In this document: positions 46,729 to 56,932 of the stretch, piece by piece | Layout of the letters: each line of letters begins with the position of its first letter | Numbering within the stretch: position 1 is the first letter of the stretch | Source of the DNA: a virus | Reading direction: 5' to 3' (one strand) | DNA length: 64,000 nt | Virus record (IMG/VR): IMGVR_UViG_3300028558_000018 | Coordinates: 64,001-128,000 of that record | The notes under the pieces: model-generated | What the model saw: the letters and a program-made list of their open reading frames with translations, nothing else | The model's database searches: none | What the model was told of the DNA's origin: nothing | Position numbers and translations under genes: made by a program

Positions 46729-48078
46729 TCAATAGTTATTGAATTTAAAGATTTCACCAAACGGAGGCTTAAATGTAGAATTGTCTTCGATAAGTCCCCA
46801 CAAAATCGGGTAATCAGGAGAAATCTCGCCAAAGCTATTGCAATACCCATCCGTTAAAATAATTGCGCCTTTAATATCTCCCAAATCATTATTGGCGATA
46901 TATTTAAAGATTTCTTTATAATCGGTGCCGCCGCCACCTTTAGGCAAGGGCTTAATATCGCTATTAGGTTCAAATACTTGAATATTTTGAATAATGGTGT
47001 CAAAATAAATTACGGTTAGCTCGTAATTATCTTTACTCACGTTTTCCAATATATTGACGGCCTCATTAACCATATTAGTCACGTCGCGCAAATTGACGCT
47101 CCCACTTGTATCTATTGCAATGACGATTTTCCCTAATTCCTGACTAAATAGTGTCGGCAAAATAATTCCGCGCCCCAAATGACGTTTATTTACGTGACTA
47201 AATGAATAATCTTTAGCGCAATTTTCGCAAATAAAACGATTCAATATCTCTTGCCAATCAAATGAAGGCTTTTGACCATTTTTGATTATCTCAATTAGTC
47301 CATTGCTAGGTAATTTGCCCGCCATTTTCGCTGCATTTTCCGCCAATTTAGATTGAACCTTGGTCAATTCCTCAATAGAATCATCAATGGGAGCTTTAAT
47401 TTCACCAAATGTTTTTGGCTCGCCATCATTTGACTCATTTTCTTCACCATTATTAGATTCACTTGAATCGCCAGAATTATCGCCGGATTCGTCGCTATTT
47501 TCTCCCTTATCGCCCTTCGATTTATCTTGTTTATCGGATATATCAGATTTATCGCCTTTATCAGCTTTTTCATCCGATTTCTCGCCTTTGCCGTCTCCCT
47601 TTTCCTTGGATTTGTCACTCTTTTGTTTATTCTGGGAATTTTGCTTATTCTGCTCCTCTTTCTTTTTATCCTCTTCAATTCCCAAAAGACGATAAATATC
47701 CTCTGCGGATTTGCCCGTATATTTAACATCAATTAGGACGCCTTTTGGGAGAATAAATCCTGCGCGAAGCAATTCACCATTAAGCGAATAATCCGTGGCA
47801 TAATTCCAACGCTTAATTTCTTTTCCCTTCATCCGCCCCAAATGATTTGCGCATAAATGACAAACTTCATGAGCGAGAACTCCTTTAATTTCTTGAATAG
47901 TGAGGGAATCAGCAAATTCGCTATTGTAGAATAAATGTTTACCATCTACGCAAAAGGTAGGGTTATTCGTGGAATTGTCTTCAATAATCTGTTGCTGCAA
48001 AATCATTGAAGCAAAAAACGGATTATCGAAAATTAACGAATTAATTGCCGCCTTAACCTTTGGGTGATTAACATTCAT
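46729..48078 (-). CDS. DUF2201-type HEXXH metallopeptidase-like plus vWA domain protein
   Basis: LAHEVCH..NH, WNYATDYSLN, low-complexity K/D/S/G linker, MIDAS IDTSGS...GGGTD...LTDG. Confidence 0.88.
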   Translation of the reverse strand: MNVNHPKVKAAINSLIFDNPFFASMILQQQIIEDNSTNNPTFCVDGKHLFYNSEFADSLTIQEIKGVLAHEVCHLCANHLGRMKGKEIKRWNYATDYSLNGELLRAGFILPKGVLIDVKYTGKSAEDIYRLLGIEEDKKKEEQNKQNSQNKQKSDKSKEKGDGKGEKSDEKADKGDKSDISDKQDKSKGDKGENSDESGDNSGDSSESNNGEENESNDGEPKTFGEIKAPIDDSIEELTKVQSKLAENAAKMAGKLPSNGLIEIIKNGQKPSFDWQEILNRFICENCAKDYSFSHVNKRHLGRGIILPTLFSQELGKIVIAIDTSGSVNLRDVTNMVNEAVNILENVSKDNYELTVIYFDTIIQNIQVFEPNSDIKPLPKGGGGTDYKEIFKYIANNDLGDIKGAIILTDGYCNSFGEISPDYPILWGLIEDNSTFKPPFGEIFKFNNY

Positions 48079-48170
48079 ATGCTATTTATCCAAGCTAACA
48101 GAAAAACCCGCCGCGTCAATTTAAAATTATTTAGATTTTAAAAATTAACGGGCGGGTAATTGGCTCTAAA

Positions 48171-49169
48171 TTATTGAATCACATCGGGATTTTTAACAGC
48201 CCAGCGAACAAATGCCGCCGATTCTTTTAAATCAGGATTGCGGGTAATGATGCTATTAACCATAAATGCGCAATATTCTTGAGGAATGCGCTCGCCATAT
48301 GCGAAAATATTATCAATATTCATTCTATTGCATTTAACTGAAAGGCAGGATAATACCGAATAAATAACATCCGGCGCGCTTGGAATATCGGCAGTCATTG
48401 GATTTGCGAGAATTTGCGCGGGCAAATTACCAATATTTTTAAATGTGCGATAAAATGCCATGAATTCTACGGCGAATCCCTCTCCGACCGTGCCTTTAAA
48501 TACTTCCAAATCAATAATGCCGGCCTGAATCCACTTAGAAAGATTGTAAACTGTTCGCGGACAAGCGAAATTCTGAATTTCTTTTGACGCCGTGAATGTA
48601 TTAAGGAGTGCGGGCTTGAAATTGATAAATGAAATCAATTCCATCGGCAATCCCTTGTTCATTGCCCAGCTAATCCAATCATTAGCGCAAATTTCCATTT
48701 CAAATATGCAAAAGCGGGAAATAAGCGGAGTAATTAGTGAACCAACGCCCGCATTATCTTTACGGGAATTTGTCGCGGCAATAAACGAAACATAATCGGA
48801 AATTCTCTTCCCATTAATTTCTCGCGCTTGTATAAGTTGTTGACAGGCAGCTTGATTTGAAAGATTTGCCTGTCCCAAATCATCAATAAGGACAACTAAT
48901 TCCTCTTTAGTTTCCATCATTTCACGCAAATCACCATAAGGAATAAAATCGGCGGTCAATTTACCATTAATTGTCCCGCTAACCGGCAATCCCTTAAAAT
49001 CAGTGGGATCGCTCATAACAGGATGCAAAATCATGAATTTATACCCCATTGATTTAACAATAGAGGCAATCATTTCTGATTTACCAATTCCGGGCGAACC
49101 AACTAGCAGAATATTGCTTTTATCTTTAATAGCAATAGGGAGAACTTTGGCCAGCATTGACGGTTTCAT
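48171..49169 (-). CDS. MoxR-like AAA+ ATPase
   Basis: GSPGIGKS, DPTDFKGLP, VLIDDL, IAATN, LISRF, FACPRT. Confidence 0.9.
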   Translation of the reverse strand: MKPSMLAKVLPIAIKDKSNILLVGSPGIGKSEMIASIVKSMGYKFMILHPVMSDPTDFKGLPVSGTINGKLTADFIPYGDLREMMETKEELVVLIDDLGQANLSNQAACQQLIQAREINGKRISDYVSFIAATNSRKDNAGVGSLITPLISRFCIFEMEICANDWISWAMNKGLPMELISFINFKPALLNTFTASKEIQNFACPRTVYNLSKWIQAGIIDLEVFKGTVGEGFAVEFMAFYRTFKNIGNLPAQILANPMTADIPSAPDVIYSVLSCLSVKCNRMNIDNIFAYGERIPQEYCAFMVNSIITRNPDLKESAAFVRWAVKNPDVIQ

Positions 49170-49276
49170 ATAATATTTAATAGTTAAGGTTTATCTAACT
49201 ATTCATAGCTTGCCACAAAATAAATCTTTCGTCAACAAAATAAAATCTAAGTTTTTAAAAATTAAATAGGCAAAAT

Positions 49277-49311
49277 AAAGGGGAATAGCTCACCATTTAG
49301 AACTATTCCCC
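49277..49311 (-). terminator. Hairpin/terminator
   Basis: GGGGAATAG...CTATTCCCC followed by TTTATTTT on the minus strand. Confidence 0.6.
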
Positions 49312-49319
49312 TAAATCAA

Positions 49320-50261
49320 TTAGGCCATAAAATCCGCCATAAGCGAATTAATATCTTTCAACGCATCCTTCGCAGTAATCAGCGCGGAATTACGAACCTT
49401 TTCGCTATCGCGGACACTTGCCGCGTCAATTGTGGAAATTTTCTTCGCAACGCTATTGAAAATCTCATCAATTTTCGCATTATCGAGAATATTCAGTTCG
49501 CGAGACTGGTTGATTTCCTCAATAACGTTTTCCAAAGCCGAATTATGGAATTTACCATCGGAATCAATCAAACGATTAACCAAATGATTGAGCGATTCCC
49601 GCGCCCGCTCCATAATATCAATTTGCGTTTCTTTAATTGACGATTCAATTCGCGCCTCAATTTGCGAATTAATATCGGCCAAATCTTCTTTACTCAAATA
49701 TCCGCTTCGATAATCGTTAGAAGGGACTGGCGAGACAACAATTTCCGCTTTAAATGAGTGGCGGAATTCGTCATAAGTGGGATAATCCGCCTTATTGAAC
49801 AAACCCCCGAGCATTTGCCGCTCATTAGCATAATCACTGGCAATCGTATCGGCATATTCCTGAATTGAATCAGCAACGGCGATATAAAAGCTGCCAATTA
49901 GCTGTTCCAATTCCTGTTTTACCTTAATATAATTTTTGGTCGAGCAAATACGCTCACCATTATTATTCCACGGCGCGCTCAATTCATATAAACGAAGGCG
50001 CAATTTCTGTGAAGCAGAGGAAACCGCACGATTCTTTTTGGATTTAAGCAGGGATTTCCAAACCCGAACATTGTTAATATCGCAATTTTCGTCTTTGGAA
50101 ACGTCATTTGTCACGCGCTTATCTTTACGAGTGCCGGAAAATTGGCTAATTTGCACGCTAATTAGAATAGCCTTTTCGCAAAGGGTTTTTCCAATTCGGA
50201 TATTATTCTCGGTAATATTTTGAGCAATTACCGGAATTTCGCTTTCAATTTGTTTGGTCAT
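49320..50261 (-). CDS. DUF3150-like protein, partner of the MoxR/vWA genes
   Basis: ISVQISQFSGTRKD..., APW...GERI, LGGLFNKADYP...F; usual position before AAA and vWA genes. Confidence 0.65.
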   Translation of the reverse strand: MTKQIESEIPVIAQNITENNIRIGKTLCEKAILISVQISQFSGTRKDKRVTNDVSKDENCDINNVRVWKSLLKSKKNRAVSSASQKLRLRLYELSAPWNNNGERICSTKNYIKVKQELEQLIGSFYIAVADSIQEYADTIASDYANERQMLGGLFNKADYPTYDEFRHSFKAEIVVSPVPSNDYRSGYLSKEDLADINSQIEARIESSIKETQIDIMERARESLNHLVNRLIDSDGKFHNSALENVIEEINQSRELNILDNAKIDEIFNSVAKKISTIDAASVRDSEKVRNSALITAKDALKDINSLMADFMA

Positions 50262-50387
50262 TCGATGAATTAGTTAATGGTGATTTAATCTTTACAATTT
50301 AGAATCTACCACAATTTAGCTCTTAGTCAAATAAAAAATATTAAGTTTTTAAAAATCTTAAGCGATTAATTGCTGCTCAAATAATGT

Positions 50388-50636
50388 TTACTCAAGATAA
50401 ATTTCAACAAAAACAAAAGTCGCGTTATCTCTGGCGGCATATCCTTTAATTCGGATAATATCACCGAAAAACACTTTGGGTTCGTAAATTGTAATAAGAG
50501 AAGACTCTTCGTTATTAACTTCCCAAATTTTCAAATAATTATCTTTTTCGGAATGAGTCGAGAAAATATCTTTTCCAACCATTCCGTCGAAAGAATTGTC
50601 TTGAGTAATAATATTGCGAATTTTATAGTTTTTCAT
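50388..50636 (-). CDS. Hypothetical early protein
   Basis: Own promoter. Confidence 0.55.
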   Translation of the reverse strand: MKNYKIRNIITQDNSFDGMVGKDIFSTHSEKDNYLKIWEVNNEESSLITIYEPKVFFGDIIRIKGYAARDNATFVFVEIYLE

Positions 50637-50707
50637 GGTTAATTTGATTTAGCTCTACCTTATAGATTAGTTGCGCGCCGTCAACTTAAATTTTAAAAAC
50701 TTAATAA

Positions 50708-50896
50708 TTAAAATGGCAAAATCAATTCTTTAGCTTTATCAAAATTATTTTCTTCCACGCTAATTTCGTAATTAGTCCCGCCATATCCATTGCCAATACT
50801 CAATGATTCATACCAAATTTGGTTTTTAATCAAAATATCGCCAATTTTCATGGCTTTATATGGATCATGAGTTACGAATAGAATTTTTGTTTTCAT
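50708..50896 (-). CDS. Hypothetical protein (DUF2007-like pattern)
   Basis: C-terminal YEISVEENNFDKAKELI. Confidence 0.55.
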   Translation of the reverse strand: MKTKILFVTHDPYKAMKIGDILIKNQIWYESLSIGNGYGGTNYEISVEENNFDKAKELILPF

Positions 50897-51131
50897 AATA
50901 ATTAAAATATCTCATCGCCCTTTCCAATAATTCAATATCTTTTTCCTTCAATACTAAATTAGCCGCGCAATCTTTAATTGTGGCAAATGTTACAGTGGAA
51001 TTAACGGGGTGAATAATGCCCTGTTTGGGATTGTTTAAAGGTATTAACAAATTAAACAAATGCAACTTGGTTTTGAGAACCTCTTCAAATGGCGGAATAA
51101 ACCCAATATATTTTGCAATTGGCTTATTCAT
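50865..51131 (-). CDS. Hypothetical protein
   Basis: Early cluster ORF. Confidence 0.5.
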   Translation of the reverse strand: MNKPIAKYIGFIPPFEEVLKTKLHLFNLLIPLNNPKQGIIHPVNSTVTFATIKDCAANLVLKEKDIELLERAMRYFNYYENKNSIRNS

Positions 51132-51301
51132 ACTTGAAAATAAGCATATTTAGAACAGAGCGTAGAATTAAATATCTCGCGAACAATCCAATTCTCGTAT
51201 TTAGATTCTTTTAGCTCAGGATTATCACAAGCAAATTTGAATTGCGCGTTATTTGGCACATTATCACAATCAAACGGTATTTGCATCGTGCCGCGGCGCA
51301 A

Positions 51302-51499
51302 TTATTTATTAGCTTCATAATCACACATTTCAATGGCCCGCTCTAATTGGTCAGAATCTTCATCTGGATTATCAAAATTCCCAATCACAATTGCATGAGT
51401 TAACCCATTTTTGCGCACTTCATAATGGCCAATGCTAATTTTATAAACATAATGGGAATTATTAGCCGATTCGTGAACGATATTTGATTCTTTATTCAT
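51302..51499 (-). CDS. Hypothetical protein
   Basis: TAATTTATG junction. Confidence 0.55.
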   Translation of the reverse strand: MNKESNIVHESANNSHYVYKISIGHYEVRKNGLTHAIVIGNFDNPDEDSDQLERAIEMCDYEANK

Positions 51500-51502
51500 A
51501 AA

Positions 51503-51784
51503 TTAAAGTTTAATATCAGGAGTTTTAAACGGGTGCATAAATTGCGCAATAAACATCGGCATTATCCAATAGAGAAAATTTTCGCGGGTTTTCCCCACAT
51601 AGTTCATACTTTGATGAATCAGTCCGTAATCATCGTCATATCCAATATAAAGCTGATAAGTAGAATGAAAATCTGGCGACGAATATAAAAATCCATTAAG
51701 CGTATCACGGGTTACATAACACAAATCATTATCAATTGTGAACCAATCGCCGCGTTTAAGATTTTTAATTTGAGTAATATTCAT
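51503..51784 (-). CDS. Hypothetical protein
   Basis: Early cluster ORF. Confidence 0.55.
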   Translation of the reverse strand: MNITQIKNLKRGDWFTIDNDLCYVTRDTLNGFLYSSPDFHSTYQLYIGYDDDYGLIHQSMNYVGKTRENFLYWIMPMFIAQFMHPFKTPDIKL

Positions 51785-51790
51785 AGTTAA

Positions 51791-52072
51791 TTAATGATTT
51801 GCGTAAAATTTGGCCGCGAGCAATAGCGCGCCGTAGAATTCGACTTTATCGCTGAATATTTGGAGAGTCAAATCCCCTTCGCAATATGTGAATATAGAGC
51901 TATCGCTAATATTAATCCACACTTTACGATAGGGATAATCACAAAAATCTCCTTCGATTACCCAATTGGGGTCGAGTTTAAATTCATTTTTCCAATTAAG
52001 AAAGCCACGATAAAATTTACAATTTTCGCGAGGTTCTTCTTTAAGCGAACCGAATTGTTCAAGAATATTCAT
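51791..52072 (-). CDS. Hypothetical protein
   Basis: Early cluster ORF with a TYCEGD motif. Confidence 0.55.
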   Translation of the reverse strand: MNILEQFGSLKEEPRENCKFYRGFLNWKNEFKLDPNWVIEGDFCDYPYRKVWINISDSSIFTYCEGDLTLQIFSDKVEFYGALLLAAKFYANH

Positions 52073-52094
52073 AAATAGCTAAAATTCGTCCTAA

Positions 52095-52310
52095 TTAAGA
52101 TTTATTCGCACAACGGGCAATCGCCCCTTCCAAATATTCCCGTTCCTTCAGAGATTTATTCAATTGCGCTTTAACCAACTCAATTTCCCCTGCCGGAACT
52201 TTATATCTACCTTTAGCAAAAACTGCCAAAGTTTGCTCGCAATCATTGATAATTTTGTTAAGTCGGACTAATTCGCCCAACGTGGTAGGTTCTGAATTGT
52301 GAATTTTCAT
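52095..52310 (-). CDS. Hypothetical protein
   Basis: Own promoter. Confidence 0.55.
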   Translation of the reverse strand: MKIHNSEPTTLGELVRLNKIINDCEQTLAVFAKGRYKVPAGEIELVKAQLNKSLKEREYLEGAIARCANKS

Positions 52311-52361
52311 ATATTTATTACTCCCTCAACCTATATTATTGCGCGGCGAAGTCAAATTAAA

Positions 52362-52640
52362 TCAATTAAAAATTCTATCAATAGGTGCTAGTCCATAAGT
52401 AAATTTGCCCTCGCAAATTTCATCTTCTCCATCAAATTTCACATCACAAATATCGGGATAAATCCAATTCGTGTTATATTGTGAGCGATAACCATAACGC
52501 CTAATTACCGTCGCGAGGCGCATTGTTTTGGCTAATGGGGTTTTAATATCATCAATATATTTGCGCGAATCAAATGCTTTGACGCGGCAATTTGGGATAA
52601 TTTTCCAATGCCAAGGCTTTAATAGGGATAATTCGTTCAT
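52362..52640 (-). CDS. Hypothetical protein (SH3-like)
   Basis: Early cluster ORF. Confidence 0.5.
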   Translation of the reverse strand: MNELSLLKPWHWKIIPNCRVKAFDSRKYIDDIKTPLAKTMRLATVIRRYGYRSQYNTNWIYPDICDVKFDGEDEICEGKFTYGLAPIDRIFN

Positions 52641-52643
52641 AAA

Positions 52644-52979
52644 TTAATGTTTCCTTAACTCAATCATTTTCAACCATTTATACGCCATTGCAGAGCGTTT
52701 TTCAGGGCCAATTACCGTCCCCGGATTTTGGCAAATTTGCATCAAATAATCTACTAAATCATTACGTTTTCTTGCTATTCTAACCAATTCAACGGTATTA
52801 TGCACCGCGCAATCATTTTCCTTTGTGGGCATTCCATAATTACCATGAGGAATTAATGAATTAATATTTGGCTTAGTGTCTTTTTTAAAGGGTGTCACCT
52901 TATTGGATAGCATTTCCTTAATAAACTTCGGGGCGCGGTAATAAACCCAGAAATCAATATGTTGTTGGGTAATTTTCAT
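52644..52979 (-). CDS. Hypothetical protein
   Basis: Early cluster ORF. Confidence 0.55.
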   Translation of the reverse strand: MKITQQHIDFWVYYRAPKFIKEMLSNKVTPFKKDTKPNINSLIPHGNYGMPTKENDCAVHNTVELVRIARKRNDLVDYLMQICQNPGTVIGPEKRSAMAYKWLKMIELRKH

Positions 52980-53210
52980 TATTTACTATTTTCGCGCTTA
53001 AATTCTTCCATGCCGCAATTAAATCCGTCCTGCCAATCATCATATTTGGATTTAGACGAGATAATATCATAAGGATTAGGGTAAATTTCGCCCTTAATTC
53101 CAAATTTATAACCGTTAAAATATGCCGTGGCGTTTACAACTTGTGATGCAGATTTCATAAATTTGATTTCTCCTAGCTTGATTTAAAAGTCGCCCGCTGT
53201 CAAATTAAAT

Positions 53211-53516
53211 CTAATATAAAGATTCCGAATATAATGTTTTGGCACCACCAAAATTTTCAATTATTTGGTTATTCAATTCCGCGATAACATAAGCCTCTTC
53301 GCGATTCAAAAATTTGCCAAATTGATCCACAAAACCCTGTTCTTTAACCCTCAAATGATAAGGTTTAATAATATAATGACCAAATATTTTCAATCCTCCA
53401 CTGTAAATTCTCTTTAACGTCGCCCTCATTTCGGGACTATAATGCCGCACGCCTGTAATTATTGCGCCGTCATCCATTAGCATAGCAGCACAAACGATTC
53501 TTTGGGGAGGTTTCAT
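53211..53516 (-). CDS. Conserved phage protein (IVCAA...G.RH...EQGFVDQ.G.F..REEA..IA...LYSE.LY family)
   Basis: Widespread phage motif; near-leaderless promoter. Confidence 0.7.
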   Translation of the reverse strand: MKPPQRIVCAAMLMDDGAIITGVRHYSPEMRATLKRIYSGGLKIFGHYIIKPYHLRVKEQGFVDQFGKFLNREEAYVIAELNNQIIENFGGAKTLYSESLY

Positions 53517-53548
53517 TAACGAAAACTCTAATCAAAAGTCGCGCCGAG

Positions 53549-53752
53549 TCAATTTAATTCTACTTTATTAAATCCAAAAGCTAGAGCATCTTGCGCGAGA
53601 ATTATTTGAGTTAATGCTTTAATATAAAGGACTCCTTTATGGCTAATAAATTCGTAGTCTTTATTAAAGATAAACCCCGCGTTGCTAAAGAATTGGATGA
53701 TTTCGGCTTCGGATTTGTTCTCGGGCAAGGAAATAACACTTTTAAGTTTCAT
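53549..53752 (-). CDS. Hypothetical protein
   Basis: Packed operon. Confidence 0.5.
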   Translation of the reverse strand: MKLKSVISLPENKSEAEIIQFFSNAGFIFNKDYEFISHKGVLYIKALTQIILAQDALAFGFNKVELN

Positions 53753-53755
53753 AGA

Positions 53756-53968
53756 TTATTCCTCGGTTTGCTCGAAAATAATATTTTGTCCAGCGTGTTC
53801 TCTAAAATGCTCAAAATCCCTAAATCGCGGCAAATTATCATGCTCGCGCATATTATTGATTGTCCAGAGCAAATTTTCCTCTTTGGTTTCCATTTTATTC
53901 TCGTTTACATAAATAGGACTAATTGAACCCATTGAGGGAATAAAGGGAATATGGGCGATATAGTTCAT
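53756..53968 (-). CDS. Hypothetical protein
   Basis: Packed operon. Confidence 0.5.
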   Translation of the reverse strand: MNYIAHIPFIPSMGSISPIYVNENKMETKEENLLWTINNMREHDNLPRFRDFEHFREHAGQNIIFEQTEE

Positions 53969-53971
53969 AAA

Positions 53972-54181
53972 TTAATAAGCGCGGATAAACAAAATTCCTT
54001 CCCAATCTTGAACCAAAGTTGCTTTTTCGATCTTATAATACTTATTCCCATCGGTAATCAAAATTGGCGTATTTGTAGAATAAAGTTGCAAAGCTTTGTG
54101 TCGGGTAATGCTTTTGACAAAAACCATAGGATATTCAATGAGAAATCCCGCATCCAAACAAATTTCAAGTTGTGTTTTCAT
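53972..54181 (-). CDS. Hypothetical protein
   Basis: Packed operon. Confidence 0.5.
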   Translation of the reverse strand: MKTQLEICLDAGFLIEYPMVFVKSITRHKALQLYSTNTPILITDGNKYYKIEKATLVQDWEGILFIRAY

Positions 54182-54184
54182 AAA

Positions 54185-54376
54185 TTAATCAATTTTTGTT
54201 AATTGGTGCGGCGAGTAATTTTCTTTGATATTCCCCAACCACCGTTTGATTATGTGAGTATCCTTACTATTATCTATTTCAACGACAACTTCGCCCATAA
54301 AGGTAAATCCCTTAATCGTTCCGGTTTCACCTAGATGAGTTTTCACCCTATCTTTTTCTTTAAAATTGTGGTTCAT
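54185..54376 (-). CDS. Small SH3/KOW-like protein
   Basis: FKEKDRVK....TGTI.....VVVEID. Confidence 0.55.
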   Translation of the reverse strand: MNHNFKEKDRVKTHLGETGTIKGFTFMGEVVVEIDNSKDTHIIKRWLGNIKENYSPHQLTKID

Positions 54377-54426
54377 AATTTATTACGTTCTCACTCTGTA
54401 TTATTTGCGGCGCGTTGTCAAATTAA

Positions 54427-54612
54427 TTAAACGTAAAATCTATTGTGAACTTTGGGGCGGCGAAACGATTCTTTAATAACCTTATTGCCCCAATAAGCGG
54501 CAATTTTATCCCAATAGCGTTTTCTACGTTTATTTTGCGCTCGTTGAAAATTATCCTCCGCGCAATAAAGCTTATTCATCAGCCTATTGAGGTTATTTTG
54601 TTTATTATTCAT
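54427..54612 (-). CDS. Hypothetical basic protein
   Basis: Likely start MNNKQ. Confidence 0.5.
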   Translation of the reverse strand: MNNKQNNLNRLMNKLYCAEDNFQRAQNKRRKRYWDKIAAYWGNKVIKESFRRPKVHNRFYV

Positions 54613-54613
54613 A

Positions 54614-55090
54614 TTAAACGCTTTGAGAGAGAATTTTGTTAAAATATGCCTCATCCCGCCATTCACTCACTAATTTGAACTTATCGTAAAAATTGCGCGG
54701 CGAAAAATAAACAATTACGCCATGTTTATTAGGTTTGGCGCAGAAATAATCATGAGACTTAATAAAGCCTTTTTTAGTGTAAATCCCGCACTCGATATTA
54801 AACTTATGGCGATAGGGTTTATCGTTAAGCAAACTAACACAATTAACCTTATTAAACTCTAATTCTACCAATCGGGAATCACTGGCATTTCCAACTATTC
54901 CAGAAGAACAACTGGATTCGGCGCAATATTTAAAATCCCAATAATATTTATCATTCGCCGTCCAATCCACAATAAGGAATAGCCAATTATCGGGAGTTTT
55001 ATGCAATGAATAATTGGTAAACTTAAACCCTGTTTTGAGAGCTTTATTTAGGCCCAAATTGGGAATAGAAGCGTATGGGAGAATTTTCAT
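54614..55090 (-). CDS. Hypothetical protein
   Basis: 158 aa directly after the tRNA. Confidence 0.55.
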   Translation of the reverse strand: MKILPYASIPNLGLNKALKTGFKFTNYSLHKTPDNWLFLIVDWTANDKYYWDFKYCAESSCSSGIVGNASDSRLVELEFNKVNCVSLLNDKPYRHKFNIECGIYTKKGFIKSHDYFCAKPNKHGVIVYFSPRNFYDKFKLVSEWRDEAYFNKILSQSV

Positions 55091-55100
55091 TATATTAAAG

Positions 55101-55191
55101 TGGTGCGCATTCTCGGACTTGAACCGAGACTTTATTTTTTAAGTAAAAATGGGGTTTAAACCCATCGTGTCTGCCATTCCACCAAATGCGC
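55101..55191 (-). tRNA. tRNA-Leu(UAA)
   Basis: Acceptor GCGCATT/AATGCGC-A-CCA, D-arm GGTGGAATGGCAGACAC, anticodon arm ATGGG-TTTAAAC-CCCAT, long variable arm, T-arm CTCGG-TTCAAGT-CCGAG. Confidence 0.95.
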
Positions 55192-55206
55192 AAAATTGTT
55201 TATTAA

Positions 55207-55389
55207 TTATTCTTTAATTGAATAATATTGAGTATGTGAGATTCGCCCCACGTCAAAATCATATTCCCAATTAGCTCTTACCGCGTCGTTCCATTTAAGA
55301 AATTGTCCACTAATAGAGCATTTAATTTTAATATTCGCAGATGGTTCATCTTCGTTAACTTGAAAAATCTTAATTGGTCGGCGGCTCAT
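55207..55389 (-). CDS. Hypothetical protein
   Basis: Early cluster ORF. Confidence 0.45.
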   Translation of the reverse strand: MSRRPIKIFQVNEDEPSANIKIKCSISGQFLKWNDAVRANWEYDFDVGRISHTQYYSIKE

Positions 55390-55404
55390 TAGGTAGGACG
55401 ATAT

Positions 55405-55803
55405 TTAAACTTGGTTATTTGTCAAATTAATTTTATCCTGAGCCAATTTTTTATACCCTTCAGGCAAATCCAATAGCCATTGGAGTCTAAATTCTGCGCT
55501 AAATCTATCACTAATATAACTTAAATTACCTTCAATTTCTTCAATAGATTTATATCCATAAGTTTGCTCGCCCGTTCGATTATCTGGCTTATATTTTGGA
55601 CCACCTTTCCAATCTTTATAAATAAGCTTTAAATCTTCGCGCAAATACTCAATATAATTCTTAATCACCCCTTTATACTTATTAATTCGAGAAATTGTTT
55701 CCTCAATAGGCCGCACGGCATAATTATTAAAAATACCAAATCGAAGAATAGCATGATAAGCTTTCGCTTTTTGCTTAAATTTATGGAATTTTTGCTTTTT
55801 CAT
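55405..55803 (-). CDS. Hypothetical protein
   Basis: 132 aa, basic. Confidence 0.55.
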   Translation of the reverse strand: MKKQKFHKFKQKAKAYHAILRFGIFNNYAVRPIEETISRINKYKGVIKNYIEYLREDLKLIYKDWKGGPKYKPDNRTGEQTYGYKSIEEIEGNLSYISDRFSAEFRLQWLLDLPEGYKKLAQDKINLTNNQV

Positions 55804-56220
55804 ATAATTAACTTAATCTGCTAGAGGGCCAAACCGCGCTTTTATTTCCAATTGGATGCTTAACCGTAATTCATTGATATTCAACTCCGTCAATATTCTT
55901 ATAAATCTGCTCACTTATAAAGGTAATCTTACCCATATAAGGCTCCTCACCTCTATCGGCGGGGCAATTTACTAGCTGATTCAATTTAAACTTTTTCATA
56001 TTTAATCCTTATAAGGTAATTTAATCACGCCACGCTCTTTGCGAACTTCTAAAAAACAATTAAATAGAGTCTTCTCAAATTCGTCCTCGCTAAGATATTT
56101 GCCCACTAATTGGCGATACCAAAGTTTATTCCTTTCGGAATTGATAACGTAATAATAGAAAATTTCCATAAAAGAACGTTAACAGAAATAACTTCTATGT
56201 CAATAACTTTTAATTAAAAC

Positions 56221-56409
56221 TTAACAATCTCCCAAATTGCAAAATTGAAAATTTTCATTAATTTCATGGCATTCAATCGGATCGTTCGCCTCGTAATTAA
56301 TTTTAAATTTCTTCATCTTTTCTCGCGCTGATTCTTCATTATGAGAAATAACAATAATGCAGCCACGCCAACCACAGTCTTGAGTGTAAATATAAAGTTC
56401 TGGTTTCAT
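56221..56409 (-). CDS. Hypothetical protein
   Basis: IVISHNEESARE motif typical of small phage proteins. Confidence 0.55.
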   Translation of the reverse strand: MKPELYIYTQDCGWRGCIIVISHNEESAREKMKKFKINYEANDPIECHEINENFQFCNLGDC

Positions 56410-56583
56410 AAATTAGCCCGCGAAAGAAGTGTCAATTTCAAGATTTTCCCCACCGACAATTACCGCGACGACGCCCTTTTTAGTGACGAATTCCTGCGCG
56501 GCATTAATATTATCAAAATACTTGGCCCAAAGCATTTTACCAGTTTTATCGGACCAAATTACTGCATATTTGAAGTTCATAAA

Positions 56584-56931
56584 TTAAATATTATATTCCG
56601 GTTGTTTGCCCAATTGAATCCGCAAATTCAATCTTTTCTGTAATTCTTTTAAATAATCAAGATATTGGTGAGGCCCATTAACAATATTATATTCGCAATT
56701 TTTATCCAATTTAACGCACTCTAATACTTTAATTAGCGCGGCCTCAAATGAATCTTCGTAACCATTTGTGACATTATCGTTATCACTAGAAGAATCGCAC
56801 AATACGCATTTCCACCACCATTTATTTTCCTGTTGTTCACTTGGCCGAATTGAGCCAAACCACCAGAGAGAACAATATAATTGCACGCCTCCGTCAACTA
56901 ATCGCCATGCGGCTTTTTGAGTTTGTTTCAT
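56584..56931 (-). CDS. Hypothetical protein
   Basis: Trp-rich, 115 aa. Confidence 0.55.
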   Translation of the reverse strand: MKQTQKAAWRLVDGGVQLYCSLWWFGSIRPSEQQENKWWWKCVLCDSSSDNDNVTNGYEDSFEAALIKVLECVKLDKNCEYNIVNGPHQYLDYLKELQKRLNLRIQLGKQPEYNI

Positions 56932-56932
56932 A

